Part shown: piece by piece, positions 16,237 through 26,933 of the stretch
How positions within the stretch are numbered: the first letter of the stretch is position 1
How the letters are laid out: the number at the start of each line of letters is the position of its first letter
Assembly: GCF_000803625.1 (NCBI RefSeq)
Contig: NZ_CP007496.1
Location: 30,001-62,000 of the forward strand
Length of the DNA: 32,000 bases
Reading direction: 5' to 3'
DNA from: Candidatus Nanosynbacter lyticus
GTDB lineage: Bacteria > Patescibacteriota > Saccharimonadia > Saccharimonadales > Saccharimonadaceae
Program-made: the position numbers and the translations under genes
Notes under the pieces: model-generated
Told to the model about the DNA's origin: nothing
The model's database searches: none
The model's input: the letters and a program-made list of their open reading frames with translations, nothing else

Positions 16237-18783
16237 GTGAAAGATGGAGTCCGGAGGGCGGGTTATTTACCTAGGCCAAAAGAGCGTAGTAGTAGCCATT
16301 TGTTGAGTCGAAATATTGAAGGTCCTTGGCGGTCGTCGTATTGTTATGGTGAATCACCTGAACAGAGGCGACAACGCCTTGAAGAATTACGGAAACGGTA
16401 TAGTAAGCTACCAGAAACTTCTTTCGCTGGCTATGATCTTGGCGACAAAGAATTGCCTGCGTATAAGCATAAAGCAGAGATATTAGATACACTTTCAGAG
16501 AACAAAATATCTTGGTTGTGTGGACCGACAGGTAGTGGTAAAACGACACAAACCGCTCAGTATGCACTTGAGCGGTTTGATCGTGTTGTGGTGTTGATGC
16601 CGCGGCGGGTGATTGTCGATAATGTTACTGAGTATGTCGAGCAGAGTTTGCGTGGACAGTTGGGTAAGCAATATCCTGATCACCTGGTGGGAAAGATTCA
16701 TGGACGTGCTACTGAGGCAACGCCGGACACCAGGCTCTGTTTCATGACAGCGGCAACCTTTACAAAAAAGCTGGAACAATTTTCTAGCGACTGGCAGGAC
16801 GAGAAGACGCTTATCTTGGTTGATGAAATACATGAAGCCAATTTGGAGATGGAATTTGCTACCGCTCTGGCGGCAAAATCGATAGAGAATACCGACAAAT
16901 GGTATATGGCTTTTTCCAGCGCCACGCCTGATACGGAAGTTTCTCAGGCGATGTACGAAGGCATCAACGAATCAGCATTGCCAGTCGTAACCATCGAGGG
17001 TCGGCCGCATGATATTGATATTGAAGAAGATAAGGTGAATACCGTATCCGAAGCCTACCTTGAATATGGTAAGGACTCGAAAAAATCACTAATCTTTGTT
17101 GAAGGTGTGAGGAGTATTGATGAGACCATTGCGTCAATCAAACGCCACGCCCGCCATCAACCCAGGAAAATACGATTCTTCAAACTACATTCTGGCATAT
17201 CAGAAGCTGCGCGCCGAGAGATTTTTACTGCCAAACCAGTAGAAGATGAGTCGTTTGTCATCGTTTCGACCTCGGCTGGACAGTCTGGTATCACCATCCC
17301 CGAGGTTGATTTGGTGCTGTCAAATGGACTGACGAAGAGTAAAGAAATTGGTGAAGAGGGCACGGAGGGGTTGCCACCTCGATTGTGTACTCAAGCAGAG
17401 CTGATGCAGCAGGCGGGGCGGGGCGGTCGTGATATTGATGGCGCTAAGTTTGTATTGGCTCGTCCGATATCTTACGATAAGATTTATTTGCCAGATGAGC
17501 TAAAAGGATTTTATGATATTGCGTCCCGTGAACAGCATATTCCACCGGAGATATATCACACGAATATTGTGCGCAACGTTTTGTCGGCTATCCATCTGAA
17601 TGGTGATTTTGAGGATCTGAACCGATACCTGATGCATCCTGTTGCTAGTAAAAAAGTTATTCAAGAGTCGTACGATTTGCTGGAAACCCTGGAAGCAATT
17701 GATGGAGAGGGGCAGATCACAAAAATTGGTGAGTTTATGGATAATTTGCCATTGTCACCAGAGTTGTCTCGGGCATTAGCAGAAATGATTAAGAATGGGG
17801 GAAGCTTACGTGAAGTGTTGGCATTATCGGCCATGGCAGCCTCCGTCTCGGGTGGTGGCTTTGCCGCCTGGCATCAACCAAAGGAATTGTTCCAGGAATT
17901 TGTCAGCCCCGATACAACAGATGACTTTTTTGCCGAATACGATGCTTTTTTGAAAACCAGAGAGATTTATGACGGCTGTCGTACTGACAATGACGTCTAC
18001 TTGACTAATGGTATTGATCCCAATAAGGCGGACAATATTCACTATCAATTTAGTAAAATATGTCGGCGTCTGTTGGTTAATCCAAAAGATATCGACATGG
18101 GTGAATTAAACAGCGAGGAAAAACATAATATATCAGTAGCTTTGGTGTGCGGGTTTCAGGAATTATTGTATGCTAAAGCTGGTAGTCGGCGCATTGGACG
18201 AACAACGGTCAACCAATACACCAACATTTACACTGGCGAACGTGGTATTTCTGACTATGAAATTAGTTCGCACAGCTTAGTACGACGTATGGGCTCGGAG
18301 GCGTTGACGTTAGTGCTGGCTTTACCGTGGTGGTATGATACGCATGATGGTCGTAGATACACACTCAACACAATTTTATCAGTAACCAAGAATCAAGTTG
18401 CTCAAGCCTTGAGTAGTAGCGCTGTGTCTGAATCCCTTGGTGACAGAGTTGCTCCTAATGGTGATTTAATTCGTGTGGCGCAGCCGAAAGTTGGCTCGCT
18501 GATACTTGGTCCAGAGCGGCAGCAAAAAATCCCCGCCACAACAGATGAGCAAATTGCGCTGATAGTGGACGCAATGAAAAACAAGGCTAATAAACAAGTA
18601 AGAGTATTGTTTGATTTACAACATCAGCGAGTTATCACCAAGGGTCAATTGCATCAGGTCCTAGACGGGTCTGCGGTAAATAGTCACAATGTCCATGAAG
18701 CAGAGGCTAAGGTTTGGGCTGTGGTGCAAGAGGTATTAACGAGCGAGCAGCAGGAAGTTTTTTATAGTCAGATAAATGGATGA
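16237..18783 (+). CDS. DEAH-box ATP-dependent helicase, HrpA/HrpB-like
   Basis: Motif I GPTGSGKTTQ, motif II DEIHE, FSSATP, SAGQSGITIPEVDLVLS, QQAGRGGRD; GTG start after AAGGAG. Confidence 0.88.
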   Translation: MKDGVRRAGYLPRPKERSSSHLLSRNIEGPWRSSYCYGESPEQRRQRLEELRKRYSKLPETSFAGYDLGDKELPAYKHKAEILDTLSENKISWLCGPTGSGKTTQTAQYALERFDRVVVLMPRRVIVDNVTEYVEQSLRGQLGKQYPDHLVGKIHGRATEATPDTRLCFMTAATFTKKLEQFSSDWQDEKTLILVDEIHEANLEMEFATALAAKSIENTDKWYMAFSSATPDTEVSQAMYEGINESALPVVTIEGRPHDIDIEEDKVNTVSEAYLEYGKDSKKSLIFVEGVRSIDETIASIKRHARHQPRKIRFFKLHSGISEAARREIFTAKPVEDESFVIVSTSAGQSGITIPEVDLVLSNGLTKSKEIGEEGTEGLPPRLCTQAELMQQAGRGGRDIDGAKFVLARPISYDKIYLPDELKGFYDIASREQHIPPEIYHTNIVRNVLSAIHLNGDFEDLNRYLMHPVASKKVIQESYDLLETLEAIDGEGQITKIGEFMDNLPLSPELSRALAEMIKNGGSLREVLALSAMAASVSGGGFAAWHQPKELFQEFVSPDTTDDFFAEYDAFLKTREIYDGCRTDNDVYLTNGIDPNKADNIHYQFSKICRRLLVNPKDIDMGELNSEEKHNISVALVCGFQELLYAKAGSRRIGRTTVNQYTNIYTGERGISDYEISSHSLVRRMGSEALTLVLALPWWYDTHDGRRYTLNTILSVTKNQVAQALSSSAVSESLGDRVAPNGDLIRVAQPKVGSLILGPERQQKIPATTDEQIALIVDAMKNKANKQVRVLFDLQHQRVITKGQLHQVLDGSAVNSHNVHEAEAKVWAVVQEVLTSEQQEVFYSQING

Positions 18784-18802
18784 CGAGTGTATAATAGATA
18801 AT

Positions 18803-19354
18803 ATGAAAGCAACTTTTAAGCCAAAAAAGATTTTGTGGATGGATCTGGAGATGACCGGGTTGGATCCAGTGCATGATGAGATTTTGGAAGTGGCGGCAAT
18901 TGCTACGGATTGGGATTTTACGGAAATTGCGACGTATGAGGGCGTGGTGCAGCATGACCCAGCAAAATTGGGTAAGCTGCTGGACCGAAACGCCAGTTTT
19001 TGGAATGAGCATCCAGAAGCACGGCGTGGTTTGGAGGAACAGAACGAAGACGGTAAGCCATTAGTAATGGTTGAGCAAGAATTATTGGTATTTTGCTATG
19101 AGCATTTTGCGGATGAGCCACGGATTTTATTGGGTGGCAATTCGATTCACCAAGATCGGCGGTTTATTGATCAGTGGTGGCCTATGTTGTCAAAAAGACT
19201 ACATTATCGGATGTTGGACGTCAGTGCTTGGAAGGTGGTGTTTGAAGGCAAATATGGCAAGAAATTTGCCAAACCAGAAGAGCATCGGGCGCTGGAGGAT
19301 ATTCGCGGCAGTATCATGGAATTAAAATATTATCTAAAGAAGGTGAAGCCATGA
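18803..19354 (+). CDS. orn: oligoribonuclease
   Basis: LWMDLEMTGLDPVHDEILEVAAIATD, GNSIHQDRRFI, YRMLDVSAWK, HRALEDIRGSIMEL; DEDDh 3'-5' exonuclease motifs. Confidence 0.9.
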   Translation: MKATFKPKKILWMDLEMTGLDPVHDEILEVAAIATDWDFTEIATYEGVVQHDPAKLGKLLDRNASFWNEHPEARRGLEEQNEDGKPLVMVEQELLVFCYEHFADEPRILLGGNSIHQDRRFIDQWWPMLSKRLHYRMLDVSAWKVVFEGKYGKKFAKPEEHRALEDIRGSIMELKYYLKKVKP

Positions 19355-19689
19355 CCCATAAACAATTTGAAGAGTTTATTCTTAGTTTGCCTGGTGTATG
19401 GCTGGACTATCCGTTTGGCGAGGATATAGCGGTGTATAAATTTGGCAAGAGTAATGATGGCGCAGGGAAGATGGTGGCGCTGGTGGCTGAGGGCTCAAAT
19501 CCGCTGCGGGTGAGTTTGAAGTGTGACCCATTGCTGGCGCAGAACTTGCGGGAAAAATACGAAACAGTATTGCCGGGCTATCATTTGAACAAAAAGCACT
19601 GGAACACCATCATCTGCTCAGGGCAGTTGAGTGACGAAGAGATATTTGACCTGGCGCGATTAAGCTACCAATTAGTTGCAGAAGCTTAG
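19351..19689 (+). CDS. MmcQ/YjbR family protein
   Basis: FEEFILSLPGVWLDYPFGEDIAVYKFG...LKCDPLLAQNLREKYETVLPGYHLNKKHWNTI. Confidence 0.85.
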   Translation: MTHKQFEEFILSLPGVWLDYPFGEDIAVYKFGKSNDGAGKMVALVAEGSNPLRVSLKCDPLLAQNLREKYETVLPGYHLNKKHWNTIICSGQLSDEEIFDLARLSYQLVAEA

Positions 19690-20315
19690 CTTGATTTAAT
19701 TATATGATTAATTTGCTTTTGGATATTTTCCAAATCCGTAGCAGTTTTTTCCAGCCATTGACGCATAGTTTTTGATTTGGTCGATTTATATACTTTCGAC
19801 ATCATGGCAATTGTGTCTGTTATTTGGACATTCATTTCGTGTGCATAAGTAACGTCCAGCTGCGTATTCAGGTTGGCTTCATCTAGTTTTTCCTCCAGTT
19901 TATCCGAAGGGTCTAGGGCGAGAATATCTTTCTTCTTCTCTTTGTAACTAATGCCCGCCGCCTGAAGTGGATCGCTCATTGATGCTTCAGCGGTAGTTAG
20001 GACGGAAATTAAAGAACTATTAGTGGTTTGAAGTTCGGTTGATCGGAATTTGTTATTGTATTTCTGAGAAATAGTCAGTAGTTTATTGACCCGTGCAGCA
20101 ACTTGGGCTGGAGTGGTTTTTGGCATGGAATTTTGCGAAAAAATAAAAATTGCAATGATGGTTAATATTCCGATTAGACTGAGAACAGCCATGATTATTT
20201 TGGTTTTTTTATCAAAACCTTCTGCTGGTGGAGGTGTGGCAATTTGATTTAGATAATCGATACCTTGTGATTGGTTGTCCAAATTGTCAGGATACATGTT
20301 TCTATTTAAGCACAA
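19686..20315 (-). CDS. hypothetical single-pass membrane protein
   Basis: 209-aa frame with one hydrophobic segment (IIMAVLSLIGILTIIAIFIF); initiation possibly at the internal Met near 20297. Confidence 0.6.
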   Translation of the reverse strand: MCLNRNMYPDNLDNQSQGIDYLNQIATPPPAEGFDKKTKIIMAVLSLIGILTIIAIFIFSQNSMPKTTPAQVAARVNKLLTISQKYNNKFRSTELQTTNSSLISVLTTAEASMSDPLQAAGISYKEKKKDILALDPSDKLEEKLDEANLNTQLDVTYAHEMNVQITDTIAMMSKVYKSTKSKTMRQWLEKTATDLENIQKQINHIIKSS

Positions 20316-20350
20316 ACAATAACAGAGGTAAAGGGTGATATAATAAAAAC

Positions 20351-22084
20351 ATGAATAATGCCAAAGAAGAAGTACGAGCGCGGCTGAACATCGAGGATGT
20401 AATTGGTGAGTATGTTCATCTGAAACGAGCAGGTCGTAATCTAAAGGGTCTTAGTCCGTTTACAGACGAGCGAACACCGAGTTTCATGGTAAGTCCAGAG
20501 AAGCAGATTTGGCATGATTTTTCTTCTGGCAAGGGCGGCGACATTTTCACCTTTGTGATGATGGTTGAGGGGATGGATTTTCGGCAAGCTCTGGAGCATT
20601 TGGCGCGTAAAGCAGGTGTGGATTTGACATTATTTTCTAATGGCGATGGGCGAACTTCCAAGCGACGGGCCAGGGCTAGAGAAGCGCTTAAATTGGCCGC
20701 TAATTTCTATCAGCAAAATTTGGTAAAAAATTCGGTGGCGCTGGACTATGTAGTAAAAAAACGACGATTAAATCGACAGACAATTGGTGATTTTCTGATT
20801 GGATACGCACCAGATAAGGGTGATGCGCTAACAAAAGCGCTAGAGAAAAAAGGGTTTTCAAAACGTGAGTTGTCTGATGCTGGATTAACAAATCGTTTTG
20901 GCGGAGATTTATTCCGCGGACGGATGATGGTGGTGCTGAGTGATGGTAGTGGCGAAGTGGTTGGTTTTACTGGTCGGATTATTCGGGATGATCCGCGCGC
21001 GCCAAAGTACCTAAACACGCCGCAGACTTTATTGTTTGATAAGTCGCGTTATATTTTTGGATTGTCGCAGGCTAAAGAGGCGATTCGTAAGAATGATACT
21101 GCGGTTATTGTCGAGGGAAATCTGGATGTGATTAGTAGTCATCAGGCGGGCATAAAAAACGTGGTGGCAACTTCCGGTACGGCGATGACGATTCAGCATT
21201 TGAAATCGTTAAGTCGGCTGGCGGGGCGGATTCGCTTGGCTTTCGATGGCGATCGGGCGGGGGTGAATGCAACGGAGCGGGCGATTAATCTGGCGCAGGA
21301 AGTTGGTATGGAATTGGAGGTAGTGAGTTTGCCTGATGGTGTTAAAGATCCAGACGAGTTAATCCAAAAAGATCCAAACTTGTGGCAGATGGCAATTGAT
21401 AAATCCCAGCCGGCGGTGGACTGGGTAATTGCCAGATATGCGGAAATGGAAAATTTGAAATCAGCAGAAGGTAAGCGCCGTTTCTCAACGATTGCTTTGA
21501 GAATTGTCAGAAGTCTGAAAGACCCGGTAGAGCAGGAGCATTATTTGTCGGTGATTTCTGAGAAAACTGGCGCGTCAATTACTGCTTTGAAGGCAAAATT
21601 GTCGAATGAAAAAGTTGCCGAGCACCAATTGAAAAAGACTAAAGTTGATAAAGAAAAACCACAGCCAGTTCAAGATGAGACCGAGGATATATTGGCAGGG
21701 CTGGCGGCGAGCGAAAAGTCTGTGCGACGTTGGCTGGCGGTGATTTCTGGTGAGATGTTGGACGGCGACAGTGCGCGGCAATTGATTGGCTATCTGCGAA
21801 AAAACCCAGACTTAGAATTAAGCGAAGTTCCGCTGGACTTGCAAAAAATCGAACAGTATGTGAAAATAGTACAGTTGAAAAGTGAAAGTCGTTACGCCAA
21901 TTGGGAGCAAAAAAGCTTGGATGAAGAAATGGCTCGGCTAGTCAGGCAAATAACAATAAAACATCGCGAAAACAAAAAGAATCAATTATTAACACAGCTT
22001 AGAGAGGCCGAGGCGTCGGGTGATGAGGTTTTGTCTCAGGATTTACGCCAGAGCTTAAATAATCTGATTAAGGAGAAAATGTGA
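20351..22084 (+). CDS. dnaG: DNA primase DnaG with non-canonical zinc-binding domain
   Basis: [74 protein letters not shown] toprim motifs. Confidence 0.92.
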   Translation: MNNAKEEVRARLNIEDVIGEYVHLKRAGRNLKGLSPFTDERTPSFMVSPEKQIWHDFSSGKGGDIFTFVMMVEGMDFRQALEHLARKAGVDLTLFSNGDGRTSKRRARAREALKLAANFYQQNLVKNSVALDYVVKKRRLNRQTIGDFLIGYAPDKGDALTKALEKKGFSKRELSDAGLTNRFGGDLFRGRMMVVLSDGSGEVVGFTGRIIRDDPRAPKYLNTPQTLLFDKSRYIFGLSQAKEAIRKNDTAVIVEGNLDVISSHQAGIKNVVATSGTAMTIQHLKSLSRLAGRIRLAFDGDRAGVNATERAINLAQEVGMELEVVSLPDGVKDPDELIQKDPNLWQMAIDKSQPAVDWVIARYAEMENLKSAEGKRRFSTIALRIVRSLKDPVEQEHYLSVISEKTGASITALKAKLSNEKVAEHQLKKTKVDKEKPQPVQDETEDILAGLAASEKSVRRWLAVISGEMLDGDSARQLIGYLRKNPDLELSEVPLDLQKIEQYVKIVQLKSESRYANWEQKSLDEEMARLVRQITIKHRENKKNQLLTQLREAEASGDEVLSQDLRQSLNNLIKEKM

Positions 22085-23040
22085 GCGACGAAAATACGAC
22101 AAAGCCGACAAATTTAAATGATGATGATTTTGATCCAACGCTTATAGACGAAGAAGAATCAGAAGATTTGGATTCGTTGACGACTGGTCAATATTTGGAT
22201 GACGTGTCAGATGACTCGGTGCGGTTGTATTTAAGGGAAATTGGTAAAATTCCACTACTGAGCGCCGAAGAAGAAATGGACTTGGCGCGCCGGATTATTG
22301 AAGGGGATAAGAAGGCTAAAGATAAGATGGCTGAGGCAAATATGCGCCTAGTGGTATCAATTGCCAAGCGATATTCGGGCCGTGGTTTGGACTTTTTAGA
22401 TTTGATTCAAGAGGGAAATACTGGACTCTTGCGCGCGGTGGAGAAGTTTGATCCAGATAAGGGATTTAAGTTCTCAACTTATGCGACTTGGTGGATTCGT
22501 CAGGCGATTACCCGGGCGATTGCTGATCAGGCGCGTACCATTCGTATCCCAGTTCACATGGTGGAAACTATCAATAAATTGCTGCGTACGCAGCGACGGA
22601 TGACACAGGAATTGAATCGTGAGCCGACGATTGACGAGCTGGCTAAAGAGTTGGATATGGAGCCAGAGAAAATCGAATACGTCATTAAGATTAAGCAGGA
22701 TATTTCTTCTCTGGATGCTGGTGTTGGTCGTGACGGTGAGGATGATGACTCAGTGCTGCAAGATTTTATCGTTGATGAAGATACGGTTTCGCCAGAAGAT
22801 TCAGCATCAAACCAATTATTGAAAGAGCAAGTTCAGGATATATTATCAAGCCTGAGCGACCGTGAGCAGAAAATTGTTCGAATGCGCTTTGGTCTGGACA
22901 ATGGTAAAAACCACACTTTGGAAGAAGTTGGTCAGGAATTTGCCGTAACACGTGAACGAATCCGCCAAATTGAGGCTAAGGCACTAGCAAAACTTCGCAA
23001 GCACAAAGATGCGAAAAAACTTTACGAGTACTTGGATTAA
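22081..23040 (+). CDS. rpoD: RNA polymerase primary sigma factor (RpoD/SigA)
   Basis: [108 protein letters not shown]; GTG start overlaps the dnaG stop. Confidence 0.96.
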   Translation: MSDENTTKPTNLNDDDFDPTLIDEEESEDLDSLTTGQYLDDVSDDSVRLYLREIGKIPLLSAEEEMDLARRIIEGDKKAKDKMAEANMRLVVSIAKRYSGRGLDFLDLIQEGNTGLLRAVEKFDPDKGFKFSTYATWWIRQAITRAIADQARTIRIPVHMVETINKLLRTQRRMTQELNREPTIDELAKELDMEPEKIEYVIKIKQDISSLDAGVGRDGEDDDSVLQDFIVDEDTVSPEDSASNQLLKEQVQDILSSLSDREQKIVRMRFGLDNGKNHTLEEVGQEFAVTRERIRQIEAKALAKLRKHKDAKKLYEYLD

Positions 23041-23628
23041 TTAGCACTGCTCGGGTGATTTACAGAAATGGGCGTCGTGAGTTACGGCGTCTATTTTTTG
23101 GTGTAATTGATCAAGGTTGCCGTCATTTATGACAAAGTAATCAGCAATGGCAATTGGTCCGCCTTTTTCCAGATTTTCAATTTCCGACCAATCTCGCTGA
23201 TCAACTTCGTGTGGCTGCATTGGGCGTTCGGGGCGTTTTACCATACGTTGATAACGGAGGTGTTTTGGGGTAACAATAGCGATAACAACCACCTGGCCAG
23301 GAAATTCATGTTTGATAATTTTATATTCACTCCACGTATATAACCCGTCCAAGACGATTTTATTTTGTCCAGCGTTAATTAAATCACGAACATTTTTTAT
23401 AACGCGCTTAATTACAAAGTCTTTACCTTCGCGTTGGCGGATTTCTTCGCGGAATTTTTGTTGATTGTCCCAAGTTTTTTCAATTCCGGCCTCGTCCATG
23501 GCCTTATAAATAACGCCGCCAAAATAAATTTTTGGAAATCCTTTTTCTGTCAAATACTCGACAGCCGAACTCTTACCGCTACCCGCTAGTCCAACCAGGG
23601 CGATAATTCTTGCATGTGGTTGTGTCAT
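23041..23628 (-). CDS. P-loop nucleotide kinase-like protein (dephospho-CoA kinase-like / AAA family)
   Basis: IIALVGLAGSGKSSAVEYLTEKGFPKIYFG, RMVKRPERPMQPHEVDQRDWSEIENLEKGGPIAIADYFVINDG. Confidence 0.7.
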   Translation of the reverse strand: MTQPHARIIALVGLAGSGKSSAVEYLTEKGFPKIYFGGVIYKAMDEAGIEKTWDNQQKFREEIRQREGKDFVIKRVIKNVRDLINAGQNKIVLDGLYTWSEYKIIKHEFPGQVVVIAIVTPKHLRYQRMVKRPERPMQPHEVDQRDWSEIENLEKGGPIAIADYFVINDGNLDQLHQKIDAVTHDAHFCKSPEQC

Positions 23629-23690
23629 AGACCAATTCTAGCAACTTGTTGACATTCTTCCAAATAAAGCGTATGTTTAGGGTAAGTATT

Positions 23691-24362
23691 ATGGAAACGT
23701 TTCATAATCATACTGAAGATTTATCTCAGAATTCACTTTCTGATCCTGATATCTGGGGCCGTTTAATAGAATATCGTAAAGAAGAGACTCAATGGGATAA
23801 TATACTAGACCAAGTTGAGGAATTAGAATCGAAATTTGATCTTAATCCAGATGGCAGTAAAGCATGGAAAAGATTTGTTAACAAACCGGTTATTGATCAG
23901 TATGGTCAGGTGTGGATGATTTGGAAGTCTGGGGATTGTTATCAGATATATAAGATGCCAGACGATAAAGATAAGTTTAATTATGTTTTCATAGATGATC
24001 TTGAGGTTACTCCCACCTTAGGTGAGCCGATTTATAAATTTTCTGTCGGATTTGATAATTTTGGCGATGCAGAAGTCTTAAATATACAGATGAGTGACGA
24101 GAGAACCGGGCATTGCCTCCTCTCCAACAATGAAAGAGATCGGTGGGAGACGTATAGGCGGTGGACAAAACACGACAATAACTCCTACAGTGCCATGGAA
24201 GACCTTAGAAGAAGCTATGAGAGATATGAGAAAATGCAGAGAAAATTGGGTAATTATTCTTTCAGTGCTGCAAAAAGGTTTGGGGAGATTTATGATAAGT
24301 ATGGGAGAATACAACGAAAACTTGGTGATGCATCAATTAGAGATCTGGCAATAGCGGCTTAA
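23691..24362 (+). CDS. hypothetical protein
   Basis: Open frame of ~223 aa starting at METFHNHTEDLS; no family recognised. Confidence 0.6.
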   Translation: METFHNHTEDLSQNSLSDPDIWGRLIEYRKEETQWDNILDQVEELESKFDLNPDGSKAWKRFVNKPVIDQYGQVWMIWKSGDCYQIYKMPDDKDKFNYVFIDDLEVTPTLGEPIYKFSVGFDNFGDAEVLNIQMSDERTGHCLLSNNERDRWETYRRWTKHDNNSYSAMEDLRRSYERYEKMQRKLGNYSFSAAKRFGEIYDKYGRIQRKLGDASIRDLAIAA

Positions 24363-24378
24363 ATGCTACAATAGAAGT

Positions 24379-26913
24379 ATGAAACGTCTAGTGGTTATTG
24401 ATGGAAAATCGGTGTTTTACCGAGGTTATTATGCTATGCCGGGGCTCAGTACGGCGGACGGTACGCCGACTGGCGGGGTGTATGGGTTTGTGAGTTTGGC
24501 GATTGAGCTTATCAAGAAATTGGAGCCGGATTATGTGGTGGTGGCCTGGGACAAGCGCGGTACCAACATCCGTAAGCGGCGGGAATTATATCCAGAATAC
24601 AAGGCCGGTCGCAAGCCGGCGCCTGATGATTTTTATCAGCAAATTCCAATCTTGATGGAACTGCTGGATGCGTTTGGCTGGCCACTGTATGAACTGGATG
24701 ATTATGAGGCGGACGACATCATGGGTGCATTTGCCAAGCAAGCGGAGGCGCGTGGTGTGCAGACCTGTCTATTGACGTCCGATTTGGATGCGCTGCAATT
24801 GGTGTCGCCTCTCACCAAAGTCTATGCTATGAAAAATGGCCTGAGGAATATCGAGGAATTTACGGCAGAATATTTTGAACAAAAATATGGTATTCGGACG
24901 GACCAGTTTTTGGATTTGAAGGCGCTAAAAGGTGATTCTAGCGACAATTTGCCGGGTGTGCCGGGCGTTGGTGAAAAGACAGCGGTCAAATTATTGCAAG
25001 CATATGAAACATTGGACGGCGTGTACGCACATGTGGATGAGCAAAAAGGTGCTCTACGGACAAAGCTGGAGAACGGCCGTGAATCTGCGTACTTAACTAA
25101 GCAAGTGGCAGAAATCTGGACGGACGCGCCGGTGGAGCTGGACTGGGAGGTGGCGGATGTTAATGATTGCGATTTTGCTCGGGTGGCGGAGATTTTGCGG
25201 AAACTGGAGTTTCATTCGCTGATTGGGCGGCTGCCAAAGACAATGCAAGCGGTGGATGAGGTAGTGGAGACGGCGGAGTTAGAGTTGCCGCAGGTTGACA
25301 ATTTGCCAGCTGAGCCGCTGTTTGAAACAGAGAATATTATCTATATTGATCCATCGGAACCGGACACGGTCTATATTAATTCTAAGCCTGGTGTAGCGTG
25401 GCGGGCCAAGATGAGTGAAATTGGTCAACATGTTTGGCAACTGTTGGCGCAGGGCGTAGTAATCGCGGCGGACGTCAAGGATCTATATCATGCGCTGGAC
25501 GCTCACGGTGTGACGGTGCGGTTTCATGAGGTCTGGGATGTTGGACAGGCGGCGTTTTTGATCGATCCATTGAGGCGCGACCGCAGTTTAGCGGCACTGG
25601 CGGGCGATTTTTCTGAGGATGATTCCGCGTCGCGACAGCTGGCACGACTACGCCAGATTTACCGCCAGCAGCAGGATTATATGGCAGCGCATCAGCAAGT
25701 TGCTCGGGTGCTCCGTGAGTTTGATTTTCCAGTAATTTGGTCGCTGTTTCAGATGGAAAAGCGCGGCATGAAACTGGACACAGCGCTGCTTGAGCGGATG
25801 GGCGAGGAGCTGAGGGCGGAGGTGAGCCAACTTGAACAACAAATGTATGCGATGGCTGGGAGTGAGTTCAATGCTGCTAGTCCGGCGCAGCTGTCTGAGG
25901 TGCTATTCACCAAGTTGCAGCTGCCGACGACTGGTATCAAAAAAGGAAAAACTGGCTATTCGACAGGGCAAAAAGAGCTGGATAAACTGCGTGGCCAACA
26001 CCCGATTATTGAACTGATTGAGCGGTACCGGGAGCTTACTAAATTGATTAGCACCTACATTGAAGCGCTGCCGAAGTTGGTGGCCGCGGACGGGCGGATT
26101 CACACCACATTTAATCAAGACGTCACCAGCACTGGGCGGCTGAGCAGCGCAAATCCTAACCTACAGAATATTCCGGTGCGTACGGAATTGGGTCGGAAAA
26201 TTCGCCAGGCATTTGTACCGAATGAGGATAAGGTCTTCGTTGGCGCGGATTATTCACAATTTGAGCTGCGGTTGGCAGCGGTGCTGGCGGGCGATGAGCA
26301 GCTGATTAACGATTTTAATAGCGATGTGGATATTCATACTAAAACGGCGGCCGAGACCTACGGCGTGCCGATGAGCGAGGTGACAAAATTACAGCGCCGC
26401 GCGGCTAAGGTGATCAACTTTGGGGTGCTGTACGGCATGAGTCCGCACGGATTGGCGGCGGCCACTGGCATGACATTTACTGAGGCGAAACAGTTTATTG
26501 AACACTATTTTGCGGTGCGCCAACCAATCCGCCAATATCTGGATACAATTTTAGTTCAAGCGCGCGAACAAGGTTTTGTCGAGACTTATTTTGGCCGGCG
26601 GCGACCAACGCCTGACGTTAAGTCGAGCAATTTTATGGTGCGTTCGGCGGCCGAGCGGGCAGCGATGAATATGCCAATTCAGGGCACGGAAGCTGATTTG
26701 ATGAAGCTGGCGATGATTCGACTGGAGGATAAATTAGCCGGGTTGGCTGAGCCGGTTCTACAAGTCCACGACTCGATTTTGGTGGAGTGTCGGCCAGAAG
26801 ACGCTGAGCGGGTCAGCGAAATAATGCGTGCGGAGATGGAAGGAATTTGTCCAGATCTGCCAATTAAATTAAAAGTTGACGTCGGCATGGGTGCTCATTG
26901 GGATGAAGTGTAG
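24379..26913 (+). CDS. polA: DNA polymerase I, active 5' nuclease and family-A polymerase domains, degenerate 3'-5' exonuclease domain
   Basis: 5' nuclease: DGKSVFYRGYYAMPGL, DYEADDI, TSDLDALQLV, KGDSSDNLPGVPGVGEKTA. Polymerase: ADYSQFELRLAA (A), RRAAKVINFGVLYGMSPHGL (B), QVHDSI (C). Confidence 0.95.
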   Translation: MKRLVVIDGKSVFYRGYYAMPGLSTADGTPTGGVYGFVSLAIELIKKLEPDYVVVAWDKRGTNIRKRRELYPEYKAGRKPAPDDFYQQIPILMELLDAFGWPLYELDDYEADDIMGAFAKQAEARGVQTCLLTSDLDALQLVSPLTKVYAMKNGLRNIEEFTAEYFEQKYGIRTDQFLDLKALKGDSSDNLPGVPGVGEKTAVKLLQAYETLDGVYAHVDEQKGALRTKLENGRESAYLTKQVAEIWTDAPVELDWEVADVNDCDFARVAEILRKLEFHSLIGRLPKTMQAVDEVVETAELELPQVDNLPAEPLFETENIIYIDPSEPDTVYINSKPGVAWRAKMSEIGQHVWQLLAQGVVIAADVKDLYHALDAHGVTVRFHEVWDVGQAAFLIDPLRRDRSLAALAGDFSEDDSASRQLARLRQIYRQQQDYMAAHQQVARVLREFDFPVIWSLFQMEKRGMKLDTALLERMGEELRAEVSQLEQQMYAMAGSEFNAASPAQLSEVLFTKLQLPTTGIKKGKTGYSTGQKELDKLRGQHPIIELIERYRELTKLISTYIEALPKLVAADGRIHTTFNQDVTSTGRLSSANPNLQNIPVRTELGRKIRQAFVPNEDKVFVGADYSQFELRLAAVLAGDEQLINDFNSDVDIHTKTAAETYGVPMSEVTKLQRRAAKVINFGVLYGMSPHGLAAATGMTFTEAKQFIEHYFAVRQPIRQYLDTILVQAREQGFVETYFGRRRPTPDVKSSNFMVRSAAERAAMNMPIQGTEADLMKLAMIRLEDKLAGLAEPVLQVHDSILVECRPEDAERVSEIMRAEMEGICPDLPIKLKVDVGMGAHWDEV

Positions 26914-26933
26914 AAATATGGTATAATTACGCC

